Shown: positions 25,116-38,006 of the stretch, in pieces
How the letters are laid out: each line of letters opens with the position of its first letter
Position numbering within the stretch: position 1 is the first letter of the stretch
Assembly: GCF_009834535.1 (NCBI RefSeq)
Contig: NC_045696.1
Coordinates: forward strand, 37,512,001-37,576,000
Direction: 5' to 3'
DNA length: 64,000 bases
Source of the DNA: Camelus ferus
Lineage: Eukaryota
Notes under the pieces: generated by a model
Told to the model about the DNA's origin: nothing
Database searches by the model: none
The model's input: the letters and a program-made list of their open reading frames with translations, nothing else
Made by a program: the position numbers and the translations under genes

Positions 25116-28100
25116 CAATCTAAAATAAAATAAAATGTAAACTATTTATACAAATTTTTCATAATAAAGCATACATTCCTTAAAGTATACAGTAATTTTT
25201 TAGGACCATAGTCATGATATAATTCATAGATTTAATAGGCCATATCCTCTCTCTTCTCTCTAACACACACCCCCACACAAACACATACACCATAATTAAA
25301 CTTGAAATATGCACCATGTAATCTTGTTATACTTTCTCCATCTTAGGAATATTGATTGGTACTTACTGGAGAGGAGAAAAACTGGACGATTTTTTTTAAC
25401 TCAATAAAGAATTCCTATTGAGTAAGAAAAAATACTATCGAAAGGCTAAAGCACGGCTAAAGGCAATCAACAGTACTTGTACTAACAAGCTTCAAATATA
25501 GCTAATGGCATAATCAACACTGAAAAGGAGGTTCATTATGGAGTGTTTGGATTAAGGTCAACGAGTGTAGGGCAGCATTTGTGCTATTGTGACAATGTGC
25601 AATCCTGTCATTCAACTATTCCATTAGAAACAAAAGGTAGGCAGGGGTTCCCTCCTCCTATTTTTTATACCTGTAGTCATTATCAGTCCATATTGAGGCT
25701 AAGTGCTTACCCACTTGAGCTGTTCATTTCAATTCCCAAATGCCCACACAAACTTTCAGCTAGCAGCATGACTTGACATTTAAATGAAAAGATCTCAAAA
25801 GTCTCTAAAAGAGTTAATCTCCTTATTAAGATTGGCTTAAAGAAAAACAATTTTGATGAATTTAATATGTAGCAATTATTTCTTCCTGGAACCCATTTTG
25901 CCCTTTTGAGGTTTTATATAGTAGCACTATTACGCAAAGCCTTCATATCTAGACACCGAATTGTGTTAACATATGTCACAATACCTAAAATCCAAAAATG
26001 TATGCATTTCAACATATTGCAAAGCACCTGAAGGACATTATAAATATTTTAGATGCTGTCATATCCCTTATTGCATGCAAATGTCCTTTATTGTGAGATA
26101 AACATTCTGCCTAGGTGATATCTATCAATAAATAAAAAGTAACTACCAAGAGAAAAGAGCATAAAGATCAGATGAAAGGTGAATGAAGATGATGAAAAGC
26201 TTCCTTCAATCATAATACCTTTGTTTGCACTGAGAAATTTTAAACTGAAATTATAAAGTATACACTCTCTGGTTATTTAATAAAGTTTGTAGAGGTATTA
26301 TATGCTAGCAAATACATAGTTAATAATACTCAATAATATTCTTATTACTATTATTTTGTGACTTAGGGCTTTTTCTAATTGTAAATCATGTCTAATAGTC
26401 AGTGAAGAAGAAACCTAGGCATTGTAAGTATCCAACATTTTACTACCTTCAGAAACAAATAAAGAAGTAAAGAAAAAACAAAGTCAAGAAAAACAACTTT
26501 GACCAGCCCTAATAATTGCATTTTTCAGGTTGAAGAAGCCAAAATTCAAAACAAACAAGCAAAACCAGCTGGCATTTCTTACTACACTTGAAGATATCCA
26601 ACTAGAGATATGTAATAGGAAGGACTGCCCAAATCATGTAGAGAAATTAAATATCACCGAAGGTTTTGTAGTTCTGATTCAATGTGTTCTACTAGAGTAG
26701 GTCTGAGAACTGTGTGGATCTAGAAATACTGTAACAGACTATCTGAAATATGTCAAATATATGTGATTGAATCTTCAGGTTTCAAATAACTGGACCAGAT
26801 ACAAGCAACTTGTTCTACAAGGCACTGTGTTCATAATGCTTAATTAAATCACATGGAATTCTAGGATTCACTTATCATCACACTAACATTCCCTAGCTAT
26901 TGATTCCAACTTTGTTTTACATTCAGCTACCTCTCTTTCTTTTAAATTGTAATTATCTTTCTTAAAATACAAGTCAGTCAGCCAATTCAGCTGTGAAATT
27001 CTCTAGAGAGGGCTCCGCCTTAACTTCAGTTTTTGTAGGTTTCTGTGATCAGTGGTGGTAAACATCTAGTATCTACATTCCTTTATACTCCAGAAAAAAC
27101 AAATATTTAGCCTCTGCATTCATATGACACTTCGAAAATTCTAGCATACCTTTATTTATAAATTTAAGTCATTGCAATATTTTGGTTGTAGTTCAAAAAT
27201 GAAATATTGAAATTTATATCTGGATAAATTATAAAGTTACTATTTTTCCCTTATTTCTTATCTCTCTGTGCTGTTCCATTTCCTTTATTTAAATTTTTTG
27301 TTTATAATGTTTGTGCATATATTTTATTATTACAAAAGTTTGGTTACTCTTCCTCAGAGTCGTTTTAAAAATCCCAGTGAGACAGAATTGAATGACCTGG
27401 GTGCTGGGCTCTGTACTTCATCTCTTATCCATGGCTTCCTTTTAAGATTTAAGGAATTGTTTCCTCTTGCTCTTCTATTAGACTAGAAGCAATTAAAAGC
27501 AGGAAGGAAAATCCTTCCTGTCCCAGAAATACTTGACAAGTGGAAATAATAAATTTGTACTTACTGAGTGACGAAACTTTCTAGTTTTCCACAAGTCAGC
27601 TAACCCAGATAGTCTCATGATGTTTCATTTTTAAAAATTGTCCAATGAATGATTTCTGTCAAATGAATCATGAAAATATATTTAGTTGCATGTATGTGTG
27701 TCCTCAAAACAATGCTGTCAGTCTGTGATACACAGAAGAAGACCAGTTTATCAAATATCATCTTTTAATTCATGCCTCCAAGCCTTGTGCCTGCTTCATA
27801 TGAAATATTAAACAAATATTGAATAAAAGAATGGATTAATATTTTCCCTGATTTCCTGGTCACTCTGTCCAGAAGTTTCCTCTTCTTTTATGAATGCTTA
27901 CATGATTTTTACCATTAATATTTTAATCTGTTGCTTTGTACTGATGTTAACTGCAATTTTACTATCATTATCATGTATTATTATTATTGCTATTATTATT
28001 ACTATTATTGCTATCCTATAGTGTCAGATCTAGAAGTAATCATTCATCGTCACTTTATAAACTACTGTTTATAAATTATGATGTGCATGCAGTATAATGA

Positions 28101-28169
28101 AATCTAAGTTTAACAGAATGTCCATTTTTCCTTACAGCATAACAAAGTACTGTATTATTACTTATTTTA

Positions 28170-28447
28170 GACTCCTGCATTGAGGAATTTGTTTATATCC
28201 CCAGAAGCACTGATGGAGATGCTGGGAAATGAAAGGAATCCAATGAAGGATATGTTATTGACAGATTATTACCATATACAACTGGATCTTGATTTTAATG
28301 CAGACATTTGGGACATATGTATAAGATGCTTCAACATTACTGCTACCATGAAGGAGAAAATTGGCATAGTCGTTGTCCAAATGTGGTATGCACGAGACTA
28401 GTGAATTCTAAAGGGACATGGATTGAGCACCAGAAGTATCTGTAATA
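28170..28447 (-). mobile_element. degraded, internally deleted LTR16-family LTR
   Basis: ccaatgaaggatatgttattgacagattattacc...caactgga and end aagggacatggattgagcaccagaagtatctg resemble reverse LTR16. Confidence 0.5.
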
Positions 28448-28699
28448 ATATCTAAAGAATGGGAAACACTTCTTACAGTAATTTAAAGAGAGAGAGAAGA
28501 AAAGCTGTGGTTATAGTGACCTTTCAACCATAAGGATCTTAAACTTCACATCAGGGAAGTCAACCTGCTTTCCAAAGATAAACATTCAATTTAGACAGCT
28601 AATTATGATTAATAGGAGCATGATGTATAAAACTTACTCCTGTCCTGATCATTTTCATATTTGCCTATATCTATCCTAAGACAAATTTTATTAGAATTT

Positions 28700-28880
28700 A
28701 ATTATTTATAATTATACATATAATATATATGATACATATTTATTTGATATAACATATTTAAATATATAAATATATAATATATAATCATTTTATATAATCT
28801 ATAATATATATTATAGATTAAATATATGATTTTAATATAGTTTATAAATATATTTAAAATAAATTTAGTATTTATATTAG
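28700..28880. repeat. AT-rich degenerate (TA)n low-complexity tract
   Basis: about 180 bp almost entirely A/T. Confidence 0.9.
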
Positions 28881-29299
28881 TCATTTAATTTATCCTTAAA
28901 CATTTCCTCTTGGTGGTAATGGACTAAGAGAAAAAAACTAACTACTTTTTTGAGTTACACTGATTTTCCTTGCCTTGAAATCACAACTTTGCATTAACAT
29001 CATCATAATATTGAAATGTGTCAATATGTTTCAATTGAATCTTACATAGTTAACCTTATTTGCTCAACTGATTTATTGAAAGTGATTTCTTTTTAATAAC
29101 GTCTTGCTAATTTTCTTAATGGCTTCACTTCAGAATCTATCTGAATCATTTAACACGTTTTGCTTTTAGCTCTAAATGTGCTAGCTTTTCACCATTACGA
29201 ACATTATGTGTATCTGAACAAATAACAAGAAAATCTGAATGAATGAGCAAGTTTTTTCATATTTCTACAATTCTTTATGAATATTTCTATTATCATGTA

Positions 29300-29472
29300 G
29301 TACCACATAGTATTATAATTATCTCTTTATCTGTCATCCATTTTTACTTGGCAGTGGATATCATAGAATCAACATAATTCTTTATTCTTCTTTGCAACTT
29401 CAGCATCTGATAAAAAGATTCCAAATAGCTAATGTATAAATAATTATTGAAGGATAGAAAGAATGAATGAAT
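29300..29472 (+). mobile_element. L2 3' end fragment
   Basis: ttattcttctttgcaacttcagcatctga...aaataattattgaagga..gaatgaatgaa. Confidence 0.5.
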
Positions 29473-30286
29473 AACTAACAGCCACTTTAAATCATCTGCT
29501 GGTTAAGAATGTTACCCTTTTATTGAAATAGAGTAGAATATCTATGGATTTGCTTTGAGAATTATTGCCTGTCTGTAACACACAGGCTACCATCTGTCTA
29601 GGTGAAAAAGAAATCATTTTGCTGGTACCCAGCTTAAAAACACAATTTAAATATATGGACTGTCCAGATAAGCCAACTCATAGATAATACAAATGTTAAT
29701 ATTTATGTCAAAGCATTCAGTTGAACATGAAATGGTAATGTATCTTGTAGACAGTATTATTTAGGGGTTGCAAATTAGCAGTGGAATGTACATAAACATA
29801 TCTTTTCTTTAGCCTGTAGAATGTTTAATATTCTTCGAATTTAAATACTTGTAGTTGGGACAACGTGCTTTGGTTCACCTCTAACACTACCAGTCTGTTT
29901 TGAAGTATAAATTCTAAAGCTGCTTCACAGACTTCCTTTTCCTTCTTGGTCATTGATGTAATCTGAGTTTGTAAATTTGTGACACCCTGAATACTATTCA
30001 ATGCCAAAGTAAATAGTTATTTACTACTTCACTCTAATGCCTCATTTTAACAGACTTAACCTGTGGTTTCCATGTCACATAAACAATCTTATTCCACAGC
30101 ATTTCCTTGCGAGTATCATTTAAAGTTTATTTCATGTCATTTTATGAAAAGCAATCTTAGAGATCAAAATACATGTACTGCAAAAGTACTGCAATACAGA
30201 AAATATTTACAAAACACAATTAAAGAATAAAAACATGAAGGTGAATTTCCTCTTTTTTAATGTGTCATATCTGAATGTTTTCGATA

Positions 30287-30488
30287 CTCTGGTTCTCAGC
30301 TGGAGTGATTTTTGCCTTCCAGAGGACATCTGGCAGGTCTGGAAACTTTGTCATATCTAGGAAGGGGATGCCATTGGCATTTACTAGGATGATCCAAAAA
30401 TCCTACAATGCGCAGAACAGCCCCTTTCCCCACCCTGACAAAGTTATCCAGTCCCAAATGTCGATGATGCTTAGGTACGGAATCCTTG
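30287..30488 (+). mobile_element. MER20 hAT-Charlie DNA transposon
   Basis: tggttctcagctggagtgatttttgccttccagaggacatctggca...atcctacaatgcgcagaacagcccc...ttatccagtcccaaatgtc matches the recalled MER20 consensus end to end. Confidence 0.9.
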
Positions 30489-30789
30489 CTGTAGAGTAGA
30501 TAATATCAAGGTATTTATTACATTTGCCAAGTGTCTAATCCTCTATATATCTCTTTGGAAAAATAAAAGAAAAAAAAAACACAGTTCTCTGTTTAAACTT
30601 ACTATCTATGCAAAAAGAATAAACTGATATGCAGAAAACAGTGACAACCCTTTATTACCAACCAACCAATTATATTGAATTAATAAGGCAGATTTAGCCT
30701 GTACCAAGAGAAAATCAATTGTTGGGAATCTTAAAACAAACTGCCTTTTTTTTTCTCCTTTAATAAAAAGTATGGAAGAAGAAACTGCT

Positions 30790-31134
30790 GGTATTATTTT
30801 GGCTGCTCAGCAGTGGCAACCTTATTACAGCTCCCCGTGCCTTTGCTTCATGGGCTCAAGGTTGCTGCTGCCTCTTTAGGCAAGAGAATGATGGAAGAGG
30901 GGAGAAAAAGGTGTGTGTGTCAGGGGGTTGTGCCATTGGTAATCATTCTCTTTTACCAAGAAAAATGAACTTTCCCAGAAGCTCCCAGCCTATTTTTACT
31001 TATATTTTAGTAGCCAGAAGTACATCACATGATAAGGGACGCTGGGAACGCAATTACTCAGATTTTCAAACTCAATAGTGCAGGGACTGTGAAGAAAATA
31101 GTTAAGCCTGTGTTAACAGCAAGTTTCTGCTACA
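30790..31134 (-). mobile_element. old MaLR LTR (MLT1J/K/L-type)
   Basis: catgggctcaaggttgctgctg, ctttcccagaagctcccagc, tagccagaagtacatcacatg, terminal tctgctaca. Confidence 0.7.
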
Positions 31135-32837
31135 AATAGATACATTTGTGTTACAGCTTACAGAAGGAATAAGAGTTTTGCTTTCAACTGAAAAAAAAGA
31201 GGGATCTGAGTTATATGCAAATACTTATCCAAAATGGATAATATAAAGGATAAAAGCAAGACAGCTTCCCACACAAGCACTACAGACCCAAAGCTTGGCA
31301 AATTTGTAATCACAGAAAACATTGTGTCTTTATTCTTAATTTAAAGCAACAGAAAAATGTGACAATAAAATACATGTTTATATATACTGCCACATATTTA
31401 CTTTAATAAGTTTTAGAATTAATTTGATCAATTTACCTTTCAAAAATGTTTGTATTTTTCCTTCATAATGCACACAAAAACAAATACTTTATAATAAAAC
31501 CTAATCAACTGTCAATCAATCTGAATCTCTTAATCAAGTCTTACTGTTTCTGATGAATGATGTTAACTGTGTATGTGACTCTGTTGAATAGCTTATGTTC
31601 TTGATTAAAAAAAAAAAAAACAGTCAACTCAAAAACATGTAAGGGCAGCATATAGTCCCATATTAAACCCTTTGCTTATCAAGAACCAAAAAAGCCTTAT
31701 GTCTGCATTTTACTATACACCTGTTTCCTGTTTTCTGCATCTCAGGGAAAAAAATCTCACCTCAAGATCCCACTGGCATAGGTCACTATTCAGTGGAAAA
31801 GCAGCTGTAATGACTCCAAAGAAAAATCAAAAATGAAGATGGTAAAGGTCAAAGCCACTGATAGGAGTCCTACTCCCACAGGAAATGCAGGTTCTGTAAT
31901 ATCAATCAAAGTTCCCTGAGAGGGTTCACTTTACTGATGCCTCCTTTGGTGTTGCTATGGCCTTCGTTGCTAGGGAACTACCCAGTCAAAACCATTTCCT
32001 AAAGGAATGGCCTGGTATTAGTGCTGAATCATGACCTGAAAAGAGTAGTAATATCATTTAATACTTCCCAGAGGCTACCAATCCTTGTTCCACTTTCAGC
32101 TCAGTCAGATTAAAAAACAAACAAACAAAAAACAGTTGTTCAAAACAGAAGTCAATTTGAGATGGCCTCAAGTAGAAGATTTGTGTGTCACGTTATTAAA
32201 ACATTTTATATTTTAGCAGTCAGTTCTTAAAAACTTGATCAAGAAACAATGCAGTATTCAGAGATTTGAGGGCATAATACTTATTTGAAGGAAGTAGCAA
32301 ATCTTTTTTCATAATTGTGTCTAAAGGATGCTTATGTTAAAGCAAAAAGTGGACACATTTTGAACCATAATAAGTTATAAGAAATTTAAGATTATTGATT
32401 ATTGATTCTCTTTAGCTATCTTGAAGAACTATTTTCTTTACAATCCAAAATGTAATCATTGTTTAAAAATCACATCTTAAAAAAAAAATCTGTGCTCTCT
32501 GACTCTACAATTCTTTCAAATGAAACATGGTTCCATCATCTGATTTATACTTCACCATGAAATTGTTCACTATATGTCCTTTTCCACCACCAAAAATATT
32601 ATAACCATCAGGAATTGTTAACAATTGGTCACCTGATAATCAGAATTCAAAATGACATAACACTTTTGGTCCTACTGAAACTCATTAACTATTTCAATAC
32701 AAATCATGAACATTAGAATCTCAACTAATAATTTTTCAAATTTGATTATAACATTTTAAATGTCTCCTTTGAATTTATATAATAGTCACAAAGCAATTTC
32801 ATAGACTGAAATACTCTGATTAAAAAGCATCGGTCAT

Positions 32838-34760
32838 GACAAACCTACAGCCAGCATAGTACTCAACGATGAAAAACTCAAAAGCTTCCCACTAAAATCT
32901 GGGACAAGACAAGGATGTCCACTATCACCACTCCTATTCAACACAGTCTTGGACGACCTAGCCACAGCAATCAGGCAAAAGAGAGAAATAAAAGGGATCA
33001 AAATTGGAAAAGAAGGGGTAAAAGTGTCACTATATGCCGATGACATGTTACTATATATAGAAAACCCTAAAAGGTCCACACAAAAACCACTAGAGCTGAT
33101 TGAAGAATTCAGCAAGGTAGCAGGTTACAAGATTAACGTTCAAAAATCATTTGCATTTCTTTACACTAATGATGAATCCACAAGGAAAAAAAAGTAAAGA
33201 AACAATCCCCTTTAAAATAGCACCCAAAGTAACAAAATACCCTAGGAATAAATCTAACCAAGGAGGTGAAAGAATTATACACAGAAAACTATAAACCATT
33301 GATGAAGGAAATTAAAGAAGACTTAAAAAAATGGAAAGATATCCCATGCTCCTGGATTGGAAGAATCAATATTGTTAAAACGGTGACACTGCCCAAGGCA
33401 ATCTACAGATTTAATACAATCCCTATCAAATTACCCAGGACATATTCACAGAACTAGAACAAATCAAAATAAAATTTATATAGAACCATCAAAGACCTAG
33501 AACTGACAAAGCATTACTGAAGAGAAAGAAAGAGGCTGGAGGAATAATTCTCCCAGACTTCAGACAATACTATAGAGCTACAGTCATCAAGACAGCATGG
33601 TATTGGTACAAAAACAGACATATAGACCAATGGAACAGAATAGAGAGCCCAGAAATGAACCCACAAACTTTTGGTCAACTGATCTTCAACAAAGGAGGCA
33701 AGAATATACAATGGAATAAAGACAGTCTCTTCAGCAAATGGTGTTGGGAAAACTGGACAGCAGCATGTGAAGCAATGAAGCTAGAACACTCCCTTACACC
33801 ATACACAAAAATCAACTCAAAATGGATCAAAGACTTAAACATAAGACAAGATACAATAAAACTCCTAGAAGAAAATAGACACAAAACATTGCCTGACATA
33901 CATCTCAAAAATGTTCTTCTAGGACAGTCTACCCAAGCAATAGAAATAAAAGCAAGAATAAACAAACGGGACCTAATGAAACTTACAAGCTTCTGCACAG
34001 CAAAGGAAACCATAAGTAAAACAAAAAGACAACCTACAGAATGGGAGAAAATTTTTGCAAATGAAACCAACAAAGGCTTGATCTCCAGAATATATAAGCA
34101 ACTCATACTACTTAATACCAAAAAAAACCCCAAAAAACCCAATCCAAAAATTGACAAAAGACCTAAACAAGCAATTCTCCAAGGAATAAATACAAATGAT
34201 CAATAGGCACATGAAAAAATGATCAATATCACTAATTATTAGAGAAATGCAAATCAAAACTACAATAAGGTATCACCTCCCACCAGCCAGAATGGCCATC
34301 ATTCAAAAGTCCACAAATGACAAATACTGGAGAGGCTGTGGAGAAAAGGGAACCCTCCTACACTGCTGGTGGGAATGCAGTTTGGTGCAGCCACTGTGGA
34401 AAACAGTATGGAGATTCCTCAAAAGACTAGGAATAGACTTACCATATGACCCAGGAATCCCACTCCTGGGCATATATCCAGAAGGAACCCTACTTCAAAA
34501 AGACACCTGCACCCCAATGTTCATAGCAGCACTATTTACAATAGCCAAGACATGGAAACAGACTAAATACCCATCAACAGATTACTGGATAAAGAAGCAG
34601 CAGTATATTTATACAATGGAATAGTATTCAGCTGTAAAAACTGACAACATAATGTCATTTGCAGCAACATGGATGTTCCTGGAGAATGTCATTCTAAGTG
34701 AAGAAAGCCAGAATGAGAAAGAAAAACACCATATGGTATCACTCATATATGTAATCAAAA
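32838..34760 (+). pseudogene. L1 ORF2p C-terminal half (RT + cysteine-rich domain), disrupted by frameshifts and stops
   Basis: [50 protein letters not shown] and [17 protein letters not shown] spread over five ORFs; premature TAG at 34622-34624. Confidence 0.95.
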
Positions 34761-35073
34761 AAAAAAAAAACCCACAAACAAACATAAATACGAAACAGAA
34801 ACAGACTCATAGACATAGAATACAAACTTGTGGTTGCCAAGGGGGCAGGGGGTGGGAAGGGACAGACTGGGATTTCTAAATGTAGAATAGATAAACAAGA
34901 TTATACTGTATAGCACAGGGAAATATATACAAGATCTTGTGGTAGCTCACAGTGAAAAAAAATGTGACAATGAATATATATATGTTCATGTATAACTGAA
35001 AAATTTTGCTCTACACTGGAATTTGACACAACATTGTAAAATGACTACAACTCAATAAAAAAGTGTTAAAAAA
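32838..35073 (+). mobile_element. 5'-truncated young L1, 2.2 kb, with poly-A tail and 16-bp TSD
   Basis: TSD aaaaagcatc(g/t)gtcat at 32822-32837 and 35074-35089; TT/AAAA site at 32820-32825; AATAAA at 35054 followed by A-tail. Confidence 0.97.
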
Positions 35074-36119
35074 AAAAAGCATCTGTCATCAGTGTCTCTA
35101 AGTTTTACTGCAGTTTCTACAGTAAGAAGACTTAATTAACAAGGATACAACTTTATATGAGGACAAAAGCTAATTTTTTTCTCCCTATTGTCATCTTTTC
35201 AAAAAAATCAAAATTTTCCAAAACTCAGGGCTATTTAGTATATTTTTCATAATATAGTTGGAAAACTAAGCAAGGATTAAGAGTTAAAATTATGTGCTTC
35301 AGAACAAACTAAAATTATTTAGTAGAATGAACTAGTTCCTATGCTTTGCTCATGTTTCTATTTTTAATGTATTTGTTTCTTTCAGTGTCTCTCTTTTCCA
35401 AAGTTTCTTTAAAAAGGGAGTAAAGGCTTATTTTTCCACAAAATAATATTAGTTAAATAACAGAAAGAATATGTCTATTTGAGTAATTTAAAGGGAACTT
35501 GTAATTGAAGAAGACCCCAAAGCCTGAGGAAATAAAAATGCTTTCAATAAAAGTTAAATATTAATTAGACTGCTGGCATAAATGGTTTACTTTATTAATA
35601 TTCACTCCTTATGTTATTTTCATATGATGGTGCTATTCACTTGGAGGAAACCTAAACAAAAATTTTGGTCCAGTAAGGTATTGCATAAGGTAACATGTAA
35701 TATTAAAAATTAAAAATACTACCATTAAACTTAAATTAGGTAGTTGTTCTTCTGACACAGAGGCTTAGAAAAATGGCCACCAAATGTGTGTTTTAAGGTA
35801 AATTGGAAATAGATCCAAGAAATTTGATCTGAACTGCACAGTGGTTTTTGATTTTTTAATTTTCTTGTATGCTTACCTTGCTATATTAATGTTCATTCTA
35901 CTCTTAATTTCTCTAGTGATGCTAATCAGATTCTCAAGATAATTTTTAATGAAAACAATGAGGCTGACATATTTGTACTGATATAAAATTGTCCCAATAT
36001 ATTAAACATTAAAAGTAAGATAGAGAATAATGTACAGAAGAGGAGTTTACGTACATGGAAAGAATGCATACTATTAGTGTTTTTCAGCAACGTTACTTTA
36101 TGTTGAGGTGAAGTGACAA

Positions 36120-36221
36120 CATAGTAGGAGTAAGTGTTTTGTGGTCAAATCGTAGGTGAATCTAATCTTTTCTCTGCCAGAAAATCTGGTTGGAGTCCTT
36201 ATTTATAAGACTAGAATAATA

Positions 36222-36285
<64 letters not shown>

Positions 36286-36340
36286 GTAATTCATATAATT
36301 ATTATAATCAAATATGCATGTAAAACCGTTAGACATATTA
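36120..36340 (+). mobile_element. MIR SINE hosting an expanded microsatellite
   Basis: gtgttttgtggtcaaat..ggtgaatcta..ctctgcca, ccttatttataagactagaataata..., atgcatgtaaaaccgttagaca. Confidence 0.55.
36222..36284. repeat. (AAT)21 perfect microsatellite
   Basis: 63 bp of uninterrupted AAT. Confidence 0.98.
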
Positions 36341-36654
36341 CGCATTTATATTTGCTATGATTTCTCCAAGGTATATGACATTTACATCATCTTAATAGCA
36401 CTCAGAAATTTAGTAAATAAATTAGATTTAATGTATAAGTAAAGATATTTTAGCACTGATAAAAAGAACTCATATGATTTCAGTCAATTTATGTTGCACT
36501 GACTAATCCTGAAAATGTATTTTTCCACTATGCTATTTGTGACAGAAAAGTTAGCCTAGTGATTGAGTTAGAAAACACTAATAGCTAATATGAGACACTC
36601 CTTTTTCCTTTTCTGCCAAAGCTTATGGTAGCTTAGTATATGTATCAAACAAAC

Positions 36655-36912
36655 AAATCAAATCAAATGTATGGTTACAAAAGGGGAGAGAGAATAGGGA
36701 GGAGCAAATTAGGAGCATGGAAAAAACAAATACAAACTACTATATATAAAATAGAGAAGCAACAAGGATTTACTGTATAGCATATGGAATTATATCCAAT
36801 ATATTATAATAACCTATAATGAAATATAATCTGCAAAAAATCTGAATCACTATGCTGTACACCCGAAACAAACACAGTATTATAAATCAACTATACTTCA
36901 ATAGAAAAAAAA
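36655..36912 (+). mobile_element. L1 3'UTR fragment, cetartiodactyl-type (older than the two TSD-bounded copies)
   Basis: atggttacaaaagggga, caaactactatatataaaatag, aacaaggatttactgtatagca, tgaatcactatgctgtacacccgaaac..taaatcaactatacttcaat + A-tail. Confidence 0.88.
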
Positions 36913-37193
36913 TACCCATGATGTTACATATATTAGCATGAAACACTTCCCTGTTATTCTCTTGATAACAAAACTGCTCATAATCATTTAAATAATTGAT
37001 TATGGCTCCTTAAGATGTTTGTCCTATCAACAGTTTATTTTAGAGGCTCGATAGGAATGTTGGCTCCAGCTTTCAATGAGCTGCCCACAAGGTAAGGTCT
37101 TAATGTAATGAAAAGAAATGACTTCAGGTGTATATCAGAGAGGAATTATTTCAGTGGGATATCTACTTTTATTCCCAAATCCCATAGTTTCTC

Positions 37194-37216
37194 AAAAAAA
37201 AAAAAAAAAAAAAAAA
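37194..37216. repeat. poly-A tract (A23)
   Basis: direct count. Confidence 0.95.
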
Positions 37217-38006
37217 CCAAACCTGGATATAAAACTGAATACAGGTTTTAAGGAAAAAAAAAATCTCCAATGTCAGTTTATTCTTTAAAATAGGCTGTAA
37301 CCAACTTTGATTTGTTATCATTTGCACATATCACTCTTACTATGTTTAATTTACAGACACATGAGAAACTGAACTCAACTCTATGTAGCTTTGCTCTTTG
37401 AAGATAATACTTTAGGGCGATTTAGGTAGCTATTTTAGGGAGTCTGAGCAGCACCTTTTAGCTCAAAGATCATATGCACACTTTTTATTTTATACACCTA
37501 TGAATAAACAGATGCTGCCAAAATGTCTATTTATGTACTACTAAGAAACTCCCCAGAAGTTTTAGTGGATACATTCTGCCTCTTCTTCTCTTATTCTATA
37601 TTTTAGATATATAAAAATAGCATTTTACCTAAATACTATGAAGTTATACAAGATGCTAAAATATTAGAGGTTACTGAGTTCATTATTTTCACCTAAATTT
37701 CTTCCATTTTATTATTAGCAATTTTAGTGGCAACTAACTTTTGTTCATTTAGTATCTGAAAAAAATTAATACAGCTGATTAATCACTGGTCAACTTAAAC
37801 AGCTACAAATGGATCATTTGAGTTTATCTAAAAATATATGCCCTTTAATAGAATTAATAGACATTTATAGAAAATATGACTGAGAAACCCTGACATTTAA
37901 CACACCTGCAAAAATACCTATGTGTCTGAAATCTATATATTTATATTACACATCCAAAGAGACATGACAGAATACACGCTACAAAATATGCAGATGGTTT
38001 ATGGTG

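Noticed and set aside
26510..26615. Plus-strand acceptor with branch-point-like ctaat and a short open frame
   Set aside because: Weak donor, unrecognised peptide and no partner exons
28702..28884. 60-aa I/Y/N-rich ORF
   Set aside because: Translation of a TA low-complexity tract
32949..34879. Longest ORFs (up to 183 aa) as a host gene or novel reverse-transcriptase system
   Set aside because: They are consecutive frameshifted pieces of L1 ORF2 within a TSD-bounded, 5'-truncated insertion; the antisense ORFs (32834-33115, 33514-33711, 33675-34157) are the usual L1 shadows
37194..37216. Poly-A as the tail of a processed pseudogene
   Set aside because: No recognisable upstream body, polyadenylation signal or TSD
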